Part shown: piece after piece, positions 9,955-21,680 of the stretch
How the letters are laid out: every line of letters starts with the position of its first letter
How positions within the stretch are numbered: position 1 is the stretch's first letter
DNA from: Candidatus Latescibacterota bacterium
Lineage (GTDB): Bacteria > Latescibacterota > UBA2968 > GCA-2709665
Reading direction: 5' to 3'
Assembly: GCA_963662665.2 (NCBI GenBank)
Contig: CAXXJS010000010.1
Coordinates: forward strand, 256,001-320,000
DNA length: 64,000 nt
Notes under the pieces: generated by a model
Seen by the model: the letters and a program-made list of their open reading frames with translations, nothing else
The model's database searches: none
What the model was told of the DNA's origin: nothing
Translations under genes and position numbers: made by a program

Positions 9955-11394
9955 TTATTGGGTGACGGTCTCCTTTCGTCCCAGCCTTTCAAGGCCCGTC
10001 TTCATTCGCCGGATGCAGGTCTCACGACCCAGAACGGCCATCATTTCGAACAACCCCGGACCCATGTTCGTTCCGCTGAGTACGAGGCGCGTGGGGTGGA
10101 TCAGTTTGCCGGCAGAGATGCCCAGTTGCCCCGAGAGCGTCCTTGTGGCGCCTTCGATTGACCGCTCGTCGAATGCAGTCAGCGCCTCCAGCCTCTCAAT
10201 CAGTGTCTCCAGCCGGGAGGGGCTGTCGACCTTCCAGTGTTTCTTCCGGGCTTTTTCGTCGTAAGCTTCGGGATCGTTGAAAAAGTATTCAAAATTCAGA
10301 AATTCCCGTACGGTCTGAATGCGCGGCTGCATCAGTTCCACCGCCCCAGGCAGGCTCTCGCGTCTGCCTTCCGCATCGTCCGCCGTTATCCATCCCGCGT
10401 CAATCCACAGACTCAGCGCCGCCCGCAGGAGTTCGGAAACCGGCTTCAACCTCAGGTGTTCGCCGTTCAGCCACACCAGCTTCCGCTCGTCGAACACCGC
10501 GTTTTTCCTGAGCATTCCTTCAACGGTAAACGCCTCAACCAATTCATCCTTTGTGAAAACCTCCCGGTCGTCCCCTGGAGACCAGCCCTGAAGCGCCAGA
10601 AAGTTGAACAACGCTTCGGGCAGGATGCCCTGCTGCCGGTATTCAGTGACGGTTGTCGCGCCAAGGCGCTTGCTCAGCTTTCTCCCATCCGGCCCCATCA
10701 GCAGCGTTGTGTGTGCGTATGCCGGGACGGTCCATCCAAGCGCATGAAAGAGCATCACCTGCTTGGGCGCATTGGAGAGGTGTTCCGCTCCCCGGATCAC
10801 CAGCGTCACGCCCAGATCGTGGTCGTCAACAACCACCGCCAGGTGGTAGATGGGCGATCCGTCCGCACGCAGAATGATGAAGTCCTCAACCTCGCGGTTG
10901 TCCCATCGCTGCGTGCCCCTGACGGGATCCTGCCAGATCGTCTCGCCTTCCGGAACCCGGAAGCGAACCGTCTTCGGCCGGCCCTCGGCTTCAAGAGCCG
11001 CACATTGTTGTGGTGTGATGTCCCGGTTATACCTGACACGACGCCCCTCAGCCTGCGCCCGCTGCTGCAGGGCTCGCACTTCCTCCGGGGTTTCGTAGGC
11101 GTAGTACGCGTGCCCGGACTCCGCAAGCCGGTCTACCGCCTCCCGGTGCGCCCGCGCGTTGCGGGATTGAATAATCGCCTCGCCGTCGAACGCGATACCC
11201 AGCCATTCCAGGCTTTCAAGGATCGTGTTCAGTGAGGCTTCGGTAGACCGTTCCCGGTCTGTATCCTCAACACGGAGATGCAGCCGGCCGCCATAGCGCC
11301 GCACATACAGATAGTTGAACAGCGCCGTTCGGGCGTTCCCTACGTGGAACCCGCCCGTGGGCGAAGGTGCGAATCGTAATACCGTTTCGGACAT
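9955..11394 (-). CDS. gltX: Glutamate--tRNA ligase
   Basis: RFAPSPTG.HVGN, RVEDTD, YHLAVVVDD, IRGAEHLSN, KLSKR. Confidence 0.95.
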   Translation of the reverse strand: MSETVLRFAPSPTGGFHVGNARTALFNYLYVRRYGGRLHLRVEDTDRERSTEASLNTILESLEWLGIAFDGEAIIQSRNARAHREAVDRLAESGHAYYAYETPEEVRALQQRAQAEGRRVRYNRDITPQQCAALEAEGRPKTVRFRVPEGETIWQDPVRGTQRWDNREVEDFIILRADGSPIYHLAVVVDDHDLGVTLVIRGAEHLSNAPKQVMLFHALGWTVPAYAHTTLLMGPDGRKLSKRLGATTVTEYRQQGILPEALFNFLALQGWSPGDDREVFTKDELVEAFTVEGMLRKNAVFDERKLVWLNGEHLRLKPVSELLRAALSLWIDAGWITADDAEGRRESLPGAVELMQPRIQTVREFLNFEYFFNDPEAYDEKARKKHWKVDSPSRLETLIERLEALTAFDERSIEGATRTLSGQLGISAGKLIHPTRLVLSGTNMGPGLFEMMAVLGRETCIRRMKTGLERLGRKETVTQ

Positions 11395-11657
11395 TGAGAG
11401 TCAGTTGGAAGCGAGTCACGCAGGACGCAAGTAGCTAACAGCGATATCGGCGCCGCAATGTCATACTCAATCGCGACTCGCAATTCGCCCGCGTGTGGGC
11501 GTTGACTAAGCAGCGATCAGCATTCAGTGGACTGCAATAGCGGAATGACACAAAAGGCCGGAAGCAATATAGCAGGAGACATAAAAAAAACGACCGGGGC
11601 GATGGGTGTGGTATTCTTCCGTCTTACTTCTTCCTTCTCACCGCCTCTTTGTTTTTT

Positions 11658-11750
<93 letters not shown>

Positions 11751-11910
11751 GAATTGTAAGTTCAAAGGAAGTTAATACTACCAAAACGGGCCTCTGAAAT
11801 CAAGGAAAACCTGAAGGATTCAGGCCGGACGCGCCGGCACGCGGAAATGCCGCCGCCTCACGTTCCCAACAGCTTTGCCGAGAGACAGCCCTCGGGTCAT
11901 CCGGGGTTTC

Positions 11911-11999
11911 TGGCGGTGGGGGTGGGATTCGAACCCACGGATCCGGTTAGGATCAACGGTTTTCAAGACCGCCACGTTCGACCACTCCGTCACCCCACC
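11911..11999 (-). tRNA. tRNA-Ser (TGA)
   Basis: GGTGGGG acceptor, anticodon arm GCGGT-CTTGAAA-ACCGT, long variable arm, GGTTCGAATCC, CCA. Confidence 0.95.
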
Positions 12000-12305
12000 G
12001 TCACGATGGACCCTGGCTTGAAACCAGCGGCGATCCTGCGGAAAAATAACAGGAAACGGGTCCTTCCTGTCAAGACTTTTGTCTCTCGAAACGGCTGATC
12101 GCGTCCCTCGGAACGTCGCCGGTTTTGGCGTTACGGATCGTCTCTTTCCGCCGGTTTCAAAGGGACAAAATTGGGGTTGCGCCGCCCCGGAGATTCCTGT
12201 ATTATTAGGCAAGTTTGAGGCGTTCTCGGGCGGTCCGGATTCTGCCGGCGTTTCAGCCGCACGAAGACCGCTGGGGGTTTTCAGACAGCATCCAACGGAG
12301 GCCCG

Positions 12306-13913
12306 GTGCCCCAGGTCCATGCCAGGCTCGTAACCGGCGCGCAGATGGCACGTATCGACAGCGGAGCCATCCAGCGCGGGGTGTCCGGCATCCAACTGAT
12401 GGAACGTGCGGGACGTGGCGCCGCCAGGGTGCTGGCAGATCTTGTTGGCGGCTTCCCGGGCAAACGGATCGTTGTCCTCTGCGGCAAAGGCAACAACGGA
12501 GGCGACGGGTTTGTTATTGCCGATCTCGCCGCATCCGCGGGCGCTTCGGTTTCGGCATTTTTACTTGCAACGGAAGCGCAGGTAAAGGGCGACGCCCGCC
12601 ACCACCTGGAACGCGCCCGGGGAAACGGCCTCGATTTTGAACAGATCCGGGATTTCAATGGCCTGGGTCGGATCAGCAGCGCGCTTTCCGGCGCATCCGC
12701 CGCGGTAGACGCCCTCCTCGGAACCGGAATTCGGGGTGGCCCACGGGGGCTTGTCGCCGGCGCAATCGAATCGCTTCAGGACGCTGATTGTCCCATCCTG
12801 GCCGTAGACGTCCCGTCAGGCCTGGATGCCGACAGCGGGCGCGCGGAAGGGCCCTGCGCGGCTGCGACACGCACGGTGACTTTCGGACTGCCTAAAGCCG
12901 GGCAGTTTCGCTATCCGGGCCGGGCTCTCTGTGGAACACTGATTTGTGCGGACATCGGTCTGCCGCCGGCAGCCGTCGACGCTGAAAACGTCAACGTCCA
13001 ACTCATTGCAGCACATGGGGTCGGGCCGCTTCTGCCCCGAAGACCGCCTGATGCCCACAAGGGAGATTGCGGTCGGGTGGTCATCCTCGCCGGCTCTACG
13101 GGTTTCACGGGCGCGGCGGCGCTTTGCGCGCATGGCGCACTCAGATCAGGAGCCGGTCTGGTCCAGGTCGGCGTGCCGGAGAGCCTGAACGATATTCTGG
13201 AGGTCAAGCTCACCGAAGCGATGACCCATCCGCTTCCCGAGGTCCGGAAACCCCGCTGCCTCGCCCTTCGCGCCCGCGGTGACATTCAGAGACTGGTTGC
13301 AACGGCGGACTGTGTCGCGCTGGGGCCGGGCCTGGGCATGTATAGGGAAACGGTTCAACTGGTCCGACGGATCGTTCACGATATTCAAGCGCCTCTGGTT
13401 CTGGACGCCGACGGCATCAACGCCCTCGCCGGAGCGCCGGACAACCTGAAAACGCGGGCCGCGCCAACCGTAATTACGCCGCACCCGGGGGAGTTCGCCC
13501 GTCTCACCGGTCTCGACGTCGCGGCCGTTCGGTCAGACCCCATCGGTTCGGCGCAGACGCTCGCCCGCTCGGCCGACGTCATCGTGATCCTTAAGGGTGC
13601 TCCAACTGTTGTGGCCGTACCAGGCGGCCGCACGTACGTCAATCCCAGCGGAAATGCCGGCATGGCCTCGGGCGGTTCCGGAGACGTTCTCACCGGAATC
13701 CTCGCGGCTCTGATCGGGCAGGGGATGGACCCGGAAACGGCGGCCTGTCTGGGTGTCTACGTGCACGGTCTCGCCGGAGACCTGTGCGCGGAACACATGT
13801 GTGAGGCCGGACTGACTGCCGGCGACGTCGCGTCGGCGCTCCCGCGTGCGCGTCGCGCGATCGAAACAGGCGCCGATAAGGATCGGTACATCCGATTTCA
13901 TACGTTAAATTGA
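12306..13913 (+). CDS. nnr: Bifunctional NAD(P)H-hydrate epimerase/dehydratase (YjeF)
   Basis: LMERAG, CGKGNNGGDG, DALLGTG, DVPSG, HKGDCG, GPGLG, LDADG, ITPHPGE, GGSGDVL. Confidence 0.95.
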   Translation: MPQVHARLVTGAQMARIDSGAIQRGVSGIQLMERAGRGAARVLADLVGGFPGKRIVVLCGKGNNGGDGFVIADLAASAGASVSAFLLATEAQVKGDARHHLERARGNGLDFEQIRDFNGLGRISSALSGASAAVDALLGTGIRGGPRGLVAGAIESLQDADCPILAVDVPSGLDADSGRAEGPCAAATRTVTFGLPKAGQFRYPGRALCGTLICADIGLPPAAVDAENVNVQLIAAHGVGPLLPRRPPDAHKGDCGRVVILAGSTGFTGAAALCAHGALRSGAGLVQVGVPESLNDILEVKLTEAMTHPLPEVRKPRCLALRARGDIQRLVATADCVALGPGLGMYRETVQLVRRIVHDIQAPLVLDADGINALAGAPDNLKTRAAPTVITPHPGEFARLTGLDVAAVRSDPIGSAQTLARSADVIVILKGAPTVVAVPGGRTYVNPSGNAGMASGGSGDVLTGILAALIGQGMDPETAACLGVYVHGLAGDLCAEHMCEAGLTAGDVASALPRARRAIETGADKDRYIRFHTLN

Positions 13914-13924
13914 GAATCCGACCC

Positions 13925-14452
13925 ATGCCGGATATTCGCGAGAGCATCGACGAAATGATTGAAGAGTCCTATCTCGTCGGTCTCACGGAGGGTGAGATCA
14001 AAGCGGATATGGAACGCTTCGTGAGCATCTGCGGCAGGGTGATCCGCGAGAACGTCCACGACAAGAAGCAAACCCGCAGACTGACCGAACAGCTGGCCAG
14101 CGCCAGGGCGCTCAGCCTGGTTGAAGACGTTTCCGGATCCGGGGACGATTCGGATCTTCTCGTCCCCGACGCTGGCTCGCGCACGTCTCCCGGGGGTCGG
14201 TACGCCGAACGGGCGGCCCGCAACAAACGCCTTATACTGCGTGTCATTAGAGAATGCGATCCGAAACTGGAGCAACTCATTGAACAGGAGCGGTTTTCGG
14301 GGTCGCTCGCGCAACCGGCCGCCCCGGCGCTACCCATCAGCGGCAACGCACCCCGGAACAGGGTAAGGGATCTCGTCCTGAAAACCTGTTTTGCCGTCAC
14401 ACTGCTCTTCATCCTCCTGCTGGTCTACCTGGTTCTGCTGCAAAATGTCTGA
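13925..14452 (+). CDS. Hypothetical protein with C-terminal membrane anchor
   Basis: ORF directly after nnr; hydrophobic C-terminus CFAVTLLFILLLVYLVLL. Confidence 0.6.
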   Translation: MPDIRESIDEMIEESYLVGLTEGEIKADMERFVSICGRVIRENVHDKKQTRRLTEQLASARALSLVEDVSGSGDDSDLLVPDAGSRTSPGGRYAERAARNKRLILRVIRECDPKLEQLIEQERFSGSLAQPAAPALPISGNAPRNRVRDLVLKTCFAVTLLFILLLVYLVLLQNV

Positions 14453-14457
14453 ACCTT

Positions 14458-14611
14458 GTGTCCTGTTCCGGAAATACCTCACGATCCGTCCGCCGATTCA
14501 TCCCGTCTCGCGCCGTTGCCTTCGCTCGTCGACCTTGCGCAGGTCGGAGGCGCCTGCGAGCCGGGCGACGCGACGGCCGAACGTCGGCGACTTATTTCCG
14601 GATCGGAACAC
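14458..14611 (+). repeat. MITE-like repeat family A, full copy
   Basis: Terminal IRs GTGTCCTGTTCCGGAAATA / TATTTCCGGATCGGAACAC; homologous to 38015..38169. Confidence 0.85.
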
Positions 14612-14744
14612 CGGACAACCATACGGTTCCACGCCGCCTGCGAGTATCCTTTTTATCAAGGACAGCCGCAGGTTTTTTTCTGAAGACCCTGTCCGACCAT
14701 CGATGACCATATCCATTTTATAGACGGAGACGTTTCCTGCAATC

Positions 14745-16187
14745 ATGCCCAGACGTAACGACATTCGAAAAATCATGCTCATCGGATCCGGACCGATCGT
14801 GATCGGCCAGGCCTGTGAGTTCGACTACTCCGGCGTGCAGGCGTGCAAGGCCCTCAAGGAAGAGGGATATGCGGTTGTCCTGTTGAACAGCAATCCGGCG
14901 ACGATTATGACCGATCCGGAAATGGCGGACCGGACCTACGTGGAACCGGTTACGCCGGAAGTGTGCGCCGCCATTGTTGAACGGGAGCGTCCCGACGCGC
15001 TTCTTCCCACACTTGGCGGACAGACCGGTTTGAACGTGGCCATGGATCTCTACAACAGCGGAGTTCTCGCGAAATTCAACGTGGAGATGATCGGCGCAAA
15101 GGCCGAAGCCATCGAAAAGGCCGAAAACAGGGAACGCTTTCAGGCGGCGATGGCCGCGATCGGCGTCGAATTCCCCAGGGGGAGATTTGCACACAGCCCG
15201 GAAGAAGCCCGGGACGTGATTGCCGAAATAGGATATCCCGCCATCATACGTCCGTCTTACACGCTGGGCGGATCCGGCGGGGGCACCGCCTACAACGCGG
15301 AGGAATACGAACACCTCGCGGTTCGGGGGTTGGAACTCTCGCCTTCCACCGAAATCCTGGTCGAAGAGTCCATCATCGGGTGGAAAGAGTTCGAACTGGA
15401 AGTCATGCGTGATCTGAACGACAACGTGGTCATTATCTGTTCCATCGAAAACTTCGATCCCATGGGCGTACATACCGGCGACTCCATTACGGTGGCGCCG
15501 GCGCAGACCCTTTCAGACAAAGAGTACCAGGCCATGAGGGACGCTTCCATCGCCGTCATCAGGGAGATCGGCGTGGAGACGGGCGGATCAAACATTCAGT
15601 TCGCGCTGAATCCGCATGACGGGCGCATCGTCATCATCGAGATGAACCCCCGGGTATCCCGGAGTTCCGCCCTGGCCTCGAAAGCCACAGGATTCCCTAT
15701 CGCTAAAATCGCCGCCAAACTCGCGGTCGGATACACGCTGGATGAAATCCGGAACGACATCACCCGGGAAACGCCCGCCTCGTTCGAACCGACGATCGAC
15801 TACTGCGTGGTCAAGATTCCGCGGTGGACGTTTGAAAAATTCCCACAGACAGAAGACCTTCTGGGCACCGAGATGAAGTCCGTAGGCGAAACCATGGCCA
15901 TCGGGCGGACGTTCAAGGAGGCATTTCAGAAGGGACTGCGTTCCCTCGAAATCGGACGCGCCGGTTTCGGGGCCGACGGGAAAGATCTGGACGTTACGGA
16001 CCGCGCCGTTATGGAACACCGGCTGCGGGTGCCCAATTCACAACGGGTCTTTTATCTGAAGGCCGCGCTGGACGCAGATTGGTCCATTTCGGAACTCTAC
16101 GATCTCACGGGAATCGACCCCTGGTTCCTGGAGAACCTGAGACAGATCACCGAATTCGAAAAAGAACTCGCGCGCCTGATCGCGTGA
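14745..16187 (+). CDS. carB: Carbamoyl-phosphate synthase large subunit, N-terminal part
   Basis: [42 protein letters not shown]; stops after [15 protein letters not shown]. Confidence 0.9.
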   Translation: MPRRNDIRKIMLIGSGPIVIGQACEFDYSGVQACKALKEEGYAVVLLNSNPATIMTDPEMADRTYVEPVTPEVCAAIVERERPDALLPTLGGQTGLNVAMDLYNSGVLAKFNVEMIGAKAEAIEKAENRERFQAAMAAIGVEFPRGRFAHSPEEARDVIAEIGYPAIIRPSYTLGGSGGGTAYNAEEYEHLAVRGLELSPSTEILVEESIIGWKEFELEVMRDLNDNVVIICSIENFDPMGVHTGDSITVAPAQTLSDKEYQAMRDASIAVIREIGVETGGSNIQFALNPHDGRIVIIEMNPRVSRSSALASKATGFPIAKIAAKLAVGYTLDEIRNDITRETPASFEPTIDYCVVKIPRWTFEKFPQTEDLLGTEMKSVGETMAIGRTFKEAFQKGLRSLEIGRAGFGADGKDLDVTDRAVMEHRLRVPNSQRVFYLKAALDADWSISELYDLTGIDPWFLENLRQITEFEKELARLIA

Positions 16188-18052
16188 TTTCCATCGTCCT
16201 GACGAACCCGGTAGCCACTATGCGCAATAAACAACGCACCCTCGAAGACCTGCGCGCCCGTATCGGCCGTGTCGACCTCATCAAGGCCAAACGATACGGC
16301 TTCAGCGACCGGCAGCTTGCCCACCTGTGGAAAACCAGTGAATGGACCGTCCGGGCCCTCAGAAAAGAACTGAATATTCAGGCGGTCTACAAAACCATCG
16401 ATACGTGCGCCGCGGAGTTCGAAGCGTATACACCGTACCACTTTTCGACTTACGAAGACGAAAACGAGGCCGTCCGCTCGGATCGGCCCAAGATCATGAT
16501 TCTGGGCGGCGGACCCAACCGCATCGGGCAGGGCATCGAGTTCGACTACTGCTGCGTACACGCGGCGTTCGCCCTCAAGGAAGACGGTTTTGAGACCATT
16601 ATGGTCAATTCCAATCCGGAAACCGTCAGCACCGACTACGACACGTCCGACAAACTCTATTTCGAGCCGCTAACCGCCGAAGACGTCCTCAACATCGCGC
16701 ATCTGGAACAGCCTGAAGGCGTCATCGTGCAGCTTGGCGGGCAGACCCCCTTGAATCTCGCACGGGACCTGGAGCGCGGCGGCGTCCGCATCTTCGGGAC
16801 GTCTCCTGACAGCATCGATCTGGCCGAAGACCGCAAACGCTTCGGCGCGCTGATCAGCCGACTCGGTATTTCCCAGCCCGATAACGGAACTGCTACAAGC
16901 GTTGACGAGGCCGTGGCGGTCGCCGACGCCATCGGATATCCGGTGCTTGTCCGGCCTTCGTACGTCCTCGGCGGACGAGCCATGGTAATTGTCTACGAAC
17001 GGAATGCGCTACTCAGCTATATGGAGAAGGCGATGCAGGCCTCGCCCGAGCATCCGGTCCTGATCGATCGGTTTCTGGAAGATGCGCACGAGTTCGACGT
17101 GGACGCCGTCGCGGACGATACCACGGTGGTGATTGGCGGCATCATGCAGCATATCGAAAGTGCCGGCGTGCATTCGGGCGACAGCGCCTGCGTGCTGCCG
17201 CCCTACGACATCTCCCCGGAACACCTTGATGAACTCCGTTCCCATACCCATGCGCTAGCCGGCGCCCTGAACGTCGTGGGGTTGATGAACGTGCAATTCG
17301 CCCTCCAGGGCAATCGAGTCTACATTCTCGAAGTCAATCCTCGGGCCAGCCGCACGGTGCCATTCGTCTCAAAGACCATTGGCGTCCCCCTGGCCAAGGT
17401 GGCGGCGCGGGCCATGGTAGGTCGATCGTTGATGGAACAGGGGCTTACAGGGGAAGTCTCCTTCGATCACATCGCGGTCAAGGAGGCGGTTTTACCATTC
17501 GCCAAGTTCCCGGGCGTGGATACCCTGCTGGGGCCCGAAATGAAGTCCACGGGCGAAGTGATGGGCATCGACACGGACTTCGGATTGAGCTTCCATAAAG
17601 CGCAACTCGGCGCCGGCGTCCGGTTGCCCACTTCCGGTGCTGTTTTCATCTCGGTAAACGACCGGGACAAAGACGCCGTGATTCCTGTTGCCCGGCGTCT
17701 TTCGGAACTCGGTTTTCGGATCGTTGCGACCCGCGGCACCCACGCGCGGCTCAAGGCGCACGGCATTCTCGCCGAGTCCATCCTCAAAATCCAGCAGGGA
17801 CGCCCCAATATTCTGGACGCCATAAAAAACAGGACGATCGTCCTGATGGTCAACACCCCGGCCGGGGAAGCAGCGCAAGCGGACGATCACAAGATTCGCC
17901 AGGCGACGCTGCAATACGGCATTCCCTATACCACCACGCTGGCCGGAGCTTTGGCGGCCGTGTCCGGCATTGAATCCCTGAAGAGAAACGGCGGGATCCG
18001 GATTTGTTCTCTCCAGGAATTCCACGGGAAGAAGGTGCCCGATAAATCATGA
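16184..18052 (+). CDS. carB: Carbamoyl-phosphate synthase large subunit, C-terminal part
   Basis: [51 protein letters not shown] domain; in-frame GTG at 16184 overlaps the upstream TGA (alternative ATG 16220). Confidence 0.88.
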   Translation: MISIVLTNPVATMRNKQRTLEDLRARIGRVDLIKAKRYGFSDRQLAHLWKTSEWTVRALRKELNIQAVYKTIDTCAAEFEAYTPYHFSTYEDENEAVRSDRPKIMILGGGPNRIGQGIEFDYCCVHAAFALKEDGFETIMVNSNPETVSTDYDTSDKLYFEPLTAEDVLNIAHLEQPEGVIVQLGGQTPLNLARDLERGGVRIFGTSPDSIDLAEDRKRFGALISRLGISQPDNGTATSVDEAVAVADAIGYPVLVRPSYVLGGRAMVIVYERNALLSYMEKAMQASPEHPVLIDRFLEDAHEFDVDAVADDTTVVIGGIMQHIESAGVHSGDSACVLPPYDISPEHLDELRSHTHALAGALNVVGLMNVQFALQGNRVYILEVNPRASRTVPFVSKTIGVPLAKVAARAMVGRSLMEQGLTGEVSFDHIAVKEAVLPFAKFPGVDTLLGPEMKSTGEVMGIDTDFGLSFHKAQLGAGVRLPTSGAVFISVNDRDKDAVIPVARRLSELGFRIVATRGTHARLKAHGILAESILKIQQGRPNILDAIKNRTIVLMVNTPAGEAAQADDHKIRQATLQYGIPYTTTLAGALAAVSGIESLKRNGGIRICSLQEFHGKKVPDKS

Positions 18053-19830
18053 AAACGAACCGAAAGATTCTCCTGCCATGGATTGTCCTCCTTACCGGAA
18101 CCCTGGCCTCCGGGTGTGTCTATTACAATACGTTTTATAACGCCCGAAAACAGTACCGGGAGGCGGAACGCAAAAGAGAGGAGGCCGAGAACGTGGCTGC
18201 CACCGGCCAGAAGAGCCGGCAGATGGTGTTCCGTTACCGCGAACTCTACATGCGGGCTATCCGCAAGGCCTCCATCATCCTCGACCGGCATCCCGACAGC
18301 AAGTGGGTGGACGATAGCCTTCTGCTCATCGGCAAGTCGTTCTACTGGCGTGACAGTTACCGTGACGCCCTGGTCAAATTCCAGGAGCTCCAGGACAATT
18401 TTCCGCAAAGCCTTTTGCTCACCGAAGCGATGTACTGGAACGGGCTTACGCTCTGGGCGGTCGGAAGAGCCGAAGAAGCCCGGCCCGTACTGGCGAACGT
18501 GGGTGAGAGTGCCCATCCGAAATTTTCCGCGCAAGCACGCCTCGCGCTGGCCGAATTGGAAGCTGAAGCCGGTGAGCACGCCGCGGCCATCAATGCGTAC
18601 CAGAAGCTGCTGAAGGGCAGTTCCAGGGGACTCGCCACGAAAATATGGGAGGGCATCGGGAACGCCAGGTTTCACCTGGAACAGTACGAAGAAGCCCTTT
18701 TGGCCTACCGCCGTGTTCTGAAAACAAAGCCGAAAAACAAGATCAATTACGAGACCCGCCTTCAGATCGGCCGGATTCTGGAACGACAGGGTAAGTTGGA
18801 CGAAGTGCTTGAGGAATACAGGCGAATTCTGAAGACCAAGAGCCTGAAATCCTACGAGCCCGACGTCCAGCTCAAACGGGCGAAGGTGTATCAACTCATG
18901 GGCAAGCAGGATATCGCCGATCAGATCTTCAGTGAAGTCATCGAGCGCAATCCGAGGACCGAGTACAGCGCGGAAGCGTACTACAGCCTGGCGATGGTGG
19001 CGCAGAGAACCCACAGAGATATGGAAAAGGCGAAGGAGCTTTTCGCAAGCGCCCGAAAAGAAAAGCCGGGATCCGACGCCGGCAGGGCGGCGAGAGACCG
19101 GGAAAGGGACCTGGGCAAGCTCGCGCGTTTCCAGAAGGCGGCCGCCAAGGGCAAGAAAAAGGGATTGAAAGCGCTGTTCAATGTGGCTGAAATGTATTTC
19201 TTCAACTTCTCCGAACCGGATTCCGCGCTCGCCACCTACCGCAGAGCGTACCAAATCGCCGATAGCCTGGATACCGAACTTGCGCCCAAAGCACTCTATG
19301 CCATTGGCCTCATCTACGCGGACAGCCTTAAGAACCGGGAAGCTGCCGAGAAGACGTTCCGGCAACTGATCGACGCGTATCCGGTCAACCCCTACGCGGT
19401 GGATGCCCGCCAGCGGCTGGTGCAGGCCCGTGAGGACGACGCCGGCGCGGAGGCCCGGTTTCGCGAGGCCGAAACGCTGATAAACAGGGCTGTAACACCA
19501 ACAGGCTATCTTGAAATTCTCAAACAACTGTCATCCGATTACCCGAACACCCCCTTTGCGGCCAAGGCACTTTATACAATCGCCTGGACCTACGCGAATC
19601 GCCTGGAGAACCCCGATACCGCCCGGGTCTATTACCAGCGGCTTGTGGACAGCTATCCTCTAACCGAATTCGCGGATATCGCCACCAAAAGCCTGAAGGG
19701 CGATTTTCTGAAGGCCATCGCACAATCCGATCCGGAAGCGGAATCTGCAGGAGGAACCGACGGAACGAGCCCTGCCAGCCGGAGGAATGATCATCGCCAG
19801 CCCGAGTCCGAAAACCCGCGAAAGGAATAG
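18049..19830 (+). CDS. TPR-repeat lipoprotein
   Basis: Lipobox LASGC followed by YYNTFYNA; many TPR-like helical repeats; ATGA overlap with carB. Confidence 0.8.
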   Translation: MKTNRKILLPWIVLLTGTLASGCVYYNTFYNARKQYREAERKREEAENVAATGQKSRQMVFRYRELYMRAIRKASIILDRHPDSKWVDDSLLLIGKSFYWRDSYRDALVKFQELQDNFPQSLLLTEAMYWNGLTLWAVGRAEEARPVLANVGESAHPKFSAQARLALAELEAEAGEHAAAINAYQKLLKGSSRGLATKIWEGIGNARFHLEQYEEALLAYRRVLKTKPKNKINYETRLQIGRILERQGKLDEVLEEYRRILKTKSLKSYEPDVQLKRAKVYQLMGKQDIADQIFSEVIERNPRTEYSAEAYYSLAMVAQRTHRDMEKAKELFASARKEKPGSDAGRAARDRERDLGKLARFQKAAAKGKKKGLKALFNVAEMYFFNFSEPDSALATYRRAYQIADSLDTELAPKALYAIGLIYADSLKNREAAEKTFRQLIDAYPVNPYAVDARQRLVQAREDDAGAEARFREAETLINRAVTPTGYLEILKQLSSDYPNTPFAAKALYTIAWTYANRLENPDTARVYYQRLVDSYPLTEFADIATKSLKGDFLKAIAQSDPEAESAGGTDGTSPASRRNDHRQPESENPRKE

Positions 19831-19894
19831 ACGACGGGATGAACCACCCTGATCTTCAATCCGATTCCGTATGTCCGCGTGACGCGTTCGCTCA

Positions 19895-20689
19895 ATGATT
19901 CCACACTTTACCCAGGAGAACGCCGAAGTTCTCGTCAACGAGCGGATCGCCCGAAACGTCTACCTGATGCGTCTTCGCGCCCCGCGAATTGCCCGGGCAT
20001 GCCGCCCCGCCCAGTTTGTGCAGATCCGGGCCGGCGCCGGCCCGGCGCCTTTTCTGCGCCGACCTTTCAGCGCGCTCCGGGTGGACCCGGACGCCGGGTG
20101 GCTGGATATCGTTTACGACGCGATCGGGGAAGGTACCCGCCGGATGGCCGGGTCCGCCGCCGGTCAGAATCTGGATATAATCGGTCCGCTCGGACGACCC
20201 TTCGAACCGGCCCGAAATGGTCGTGTGCTTCTGGTCGCCGGCGGGGTCGGTCTGGTCCCTCTCGCGTATATGGCCTGGTTCCATAAGGAACGGCGTGCTG
20301 AAATGGTCTTTCTGATGGGGGCTGCCAGCAAGGCGCGCATGCCCGACCTGGATCGTGTCATACCGGCCGATCTGTGTCGACGGCTGGCTACGGACGATGG
20401 CAGTCTGGGGCATCGAGGCCCGGTAACCGACTTGATTCCGGAGCAGGTTCTACAGGACGGAACGCAGGTCATTACCTGTGGCCCCCACGCGATGATGACA
20501 CGGGTCGCCAGGATCGCGGCCGGGTATCGTCTGCCCTGCTTCGCTTCCCTCGAAAACCATATGGCCTGTGGTTTTGGCGCGTGTGTCGGATGTGTGGTGG
20601 AATACCGGGAAGCGGACCGGGAAGACCATCGGTACAGGCGTGTCTGCGTGGACGGGCCGGTGGTGGATGCCCACGCGATCATCTGGTAG
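19895..20689 (+). CDS. pyrK: Dihydroorotate dehydrogenase electron transfer subunit
   Basis: LRRPFS, GPLG, VAGGVG, TDDGS, CGP, MACGFGACVGC...VCVDGPV. Confidence 0.93.
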   Translation: MIPHFTQENAEVLVNERIARNVYLMRLRAPRIARACRPAQFVQIRAGAGPAPFLRRPFSALRVDPDAGWLDIVYDAIGEGTRRMAGSAAGQNLDIIGPLGRPFEPARNGRVLLVAGGVGLVPLAYMAWFHKERRAEMVFLMGAASKARMPDLDRVIPADLCRRLATDDGSLGHRGPVTDLIPEQVLQDGTQVITCGPHAMMTRVARIAAGYRLPCFASLENHMACGFGACVGCVVEYREADREDHRYRRVCVDGPVVDAHAIIW

Positions 20690-20756
20690 CCGCTCCCCAA
20701 GACTCGTCTCGCCGCAGCCGGCGATCACTCAACCGAATTTTCAGGCCATTTCGCCA

Positions 20757-21680
20757 ATGGACCTTTCTACACACATAGGTGGCGATCTGACCATCCGCAA
20801 CCCGGTCATGATGGCCTCAGGCACCATCGGACACGGCGCCGAGTACACGGGCATGTTCGACTTCGCGCGTGTAGGCGGCGTGGTCACCAAGACCATCACC
20901 TACTACCCCCGTGCGGGTAACAGTGCCCCGCGAACCGCGGAAACCCCGTCGGGGATGCTCAATTCCATCGGCCTGACAAACCCCGGGCTGGACGCGTTTA
21001 TTGTGGAAAAGGTCCCGGCCTTGAAGGCGCTGCCTACAGCGCGGGTTGTCAGCATCGCCGGCACTTCGAACGACGAATTCGCCGAAATGACCCGGCGGTT
21101 CAGCGATATACCGGATATCGACGCCCTCGAATTGAACATCTCGTCGCCTAACATGAAAGACGGCGGCCAACTCTTCGGATGTCATGAGCAGGCCGCGCAT
21201 GATGTGACGGCAGCAGTAAAGGCAGTTTCCAGACTTCCGGTTATCGTCAAGCTCACACCCAACGTAACCGACGTCGCAGCCGTGGCGTCCGCAGTGGAAG
21301 AAGGCGGCGCAGACGGTATCGCGCTAATCAACACCTTGCTGGGGCTGGCCGTGGACGTCGGGTCCCGGCGCCCCATTCTGGGCAATATAACCGGCGGCCT
21401 TTCCGGTCCCGCCATCAAGCCTGTTGCGCTGGCGATGGTGTGGAAGGTCGCAAATGCGGTTACGATTCCAATTGTCGGCATGGGCGGTATCGCTACCGCT
21501 CAAGACGCGATCGAGTTTCTTATCGTTGGCGCATCCGCCGTACAGGTTGGAACCACCACTTTTGTCAACCCCTGGGCCGCCCTGGAGATTGTCGATGGCA
21601 TTTCCGAATACTGCCGCAGCCAACGGATCGGGCGTGTATCAGACCTCGTGGGTTCGTTCGAAACCGGCTCGCGGAACTGA
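20757..21680 (+). CDS. pyrD: Dihydroorotate dehydrogenase family 1B catalytic subunit
   Basis: ASGT, GMLNSIGL.NPG, ELNISSPN, VKLTPNVTD, INTL, GGLSGPAIKP, AVQVGT. Confidence 0.93.
   Translation: MDLSTHIGGDLTIRNPVMMASGTIGHGAEYTGMFDFARVGGVVTKTITYYPRAGNSAPRTAETPSGMLNSIGLTNPGLDAFIVEKVPALKALPTARVVSIAGTSNDEFAEMTRRFSDIPDIDALELNISSPNMKDGGQLFGCHEQAAHDVTAAVKAVSRLPVIVKLTPNVTDVAAVASAVEEGGADGIALINTLLGLAVDVGSRRPILGNITGGLSGPAIKPVALAMVWKVANAVTIPIVGMGGIATAQDAIEFLIVGASAVQVGTTTFVNPWAALEIVDGISEYCRSQRIGRVSDLVGSFETGSRN

Noticed and set aside
10237-11235. 332-aa plus-strand ORF
   Set aside because: Antisense to gltX
11820-11910. GC-rich spacer between the tRNA-Ser genes as SRP or other ncRNA
   Set aside because: No SRP helix-8 motif (CAGG...GGAA...AGCAG); only short hairpins
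16155-16170. GAAAAAG as a programmed -1 frameshift joining the carB halves
   Set aside because: Not a canonical A_AAA_AAG heptamer in the right phase, and no clear stimulator; coupling or sequence error is simpler
17926-19527. 533-aa minus-strand ORF
   Set aside because: Antisense shadow of the TPR lipoprotein; typical of GC-rich codon bias, no motifs
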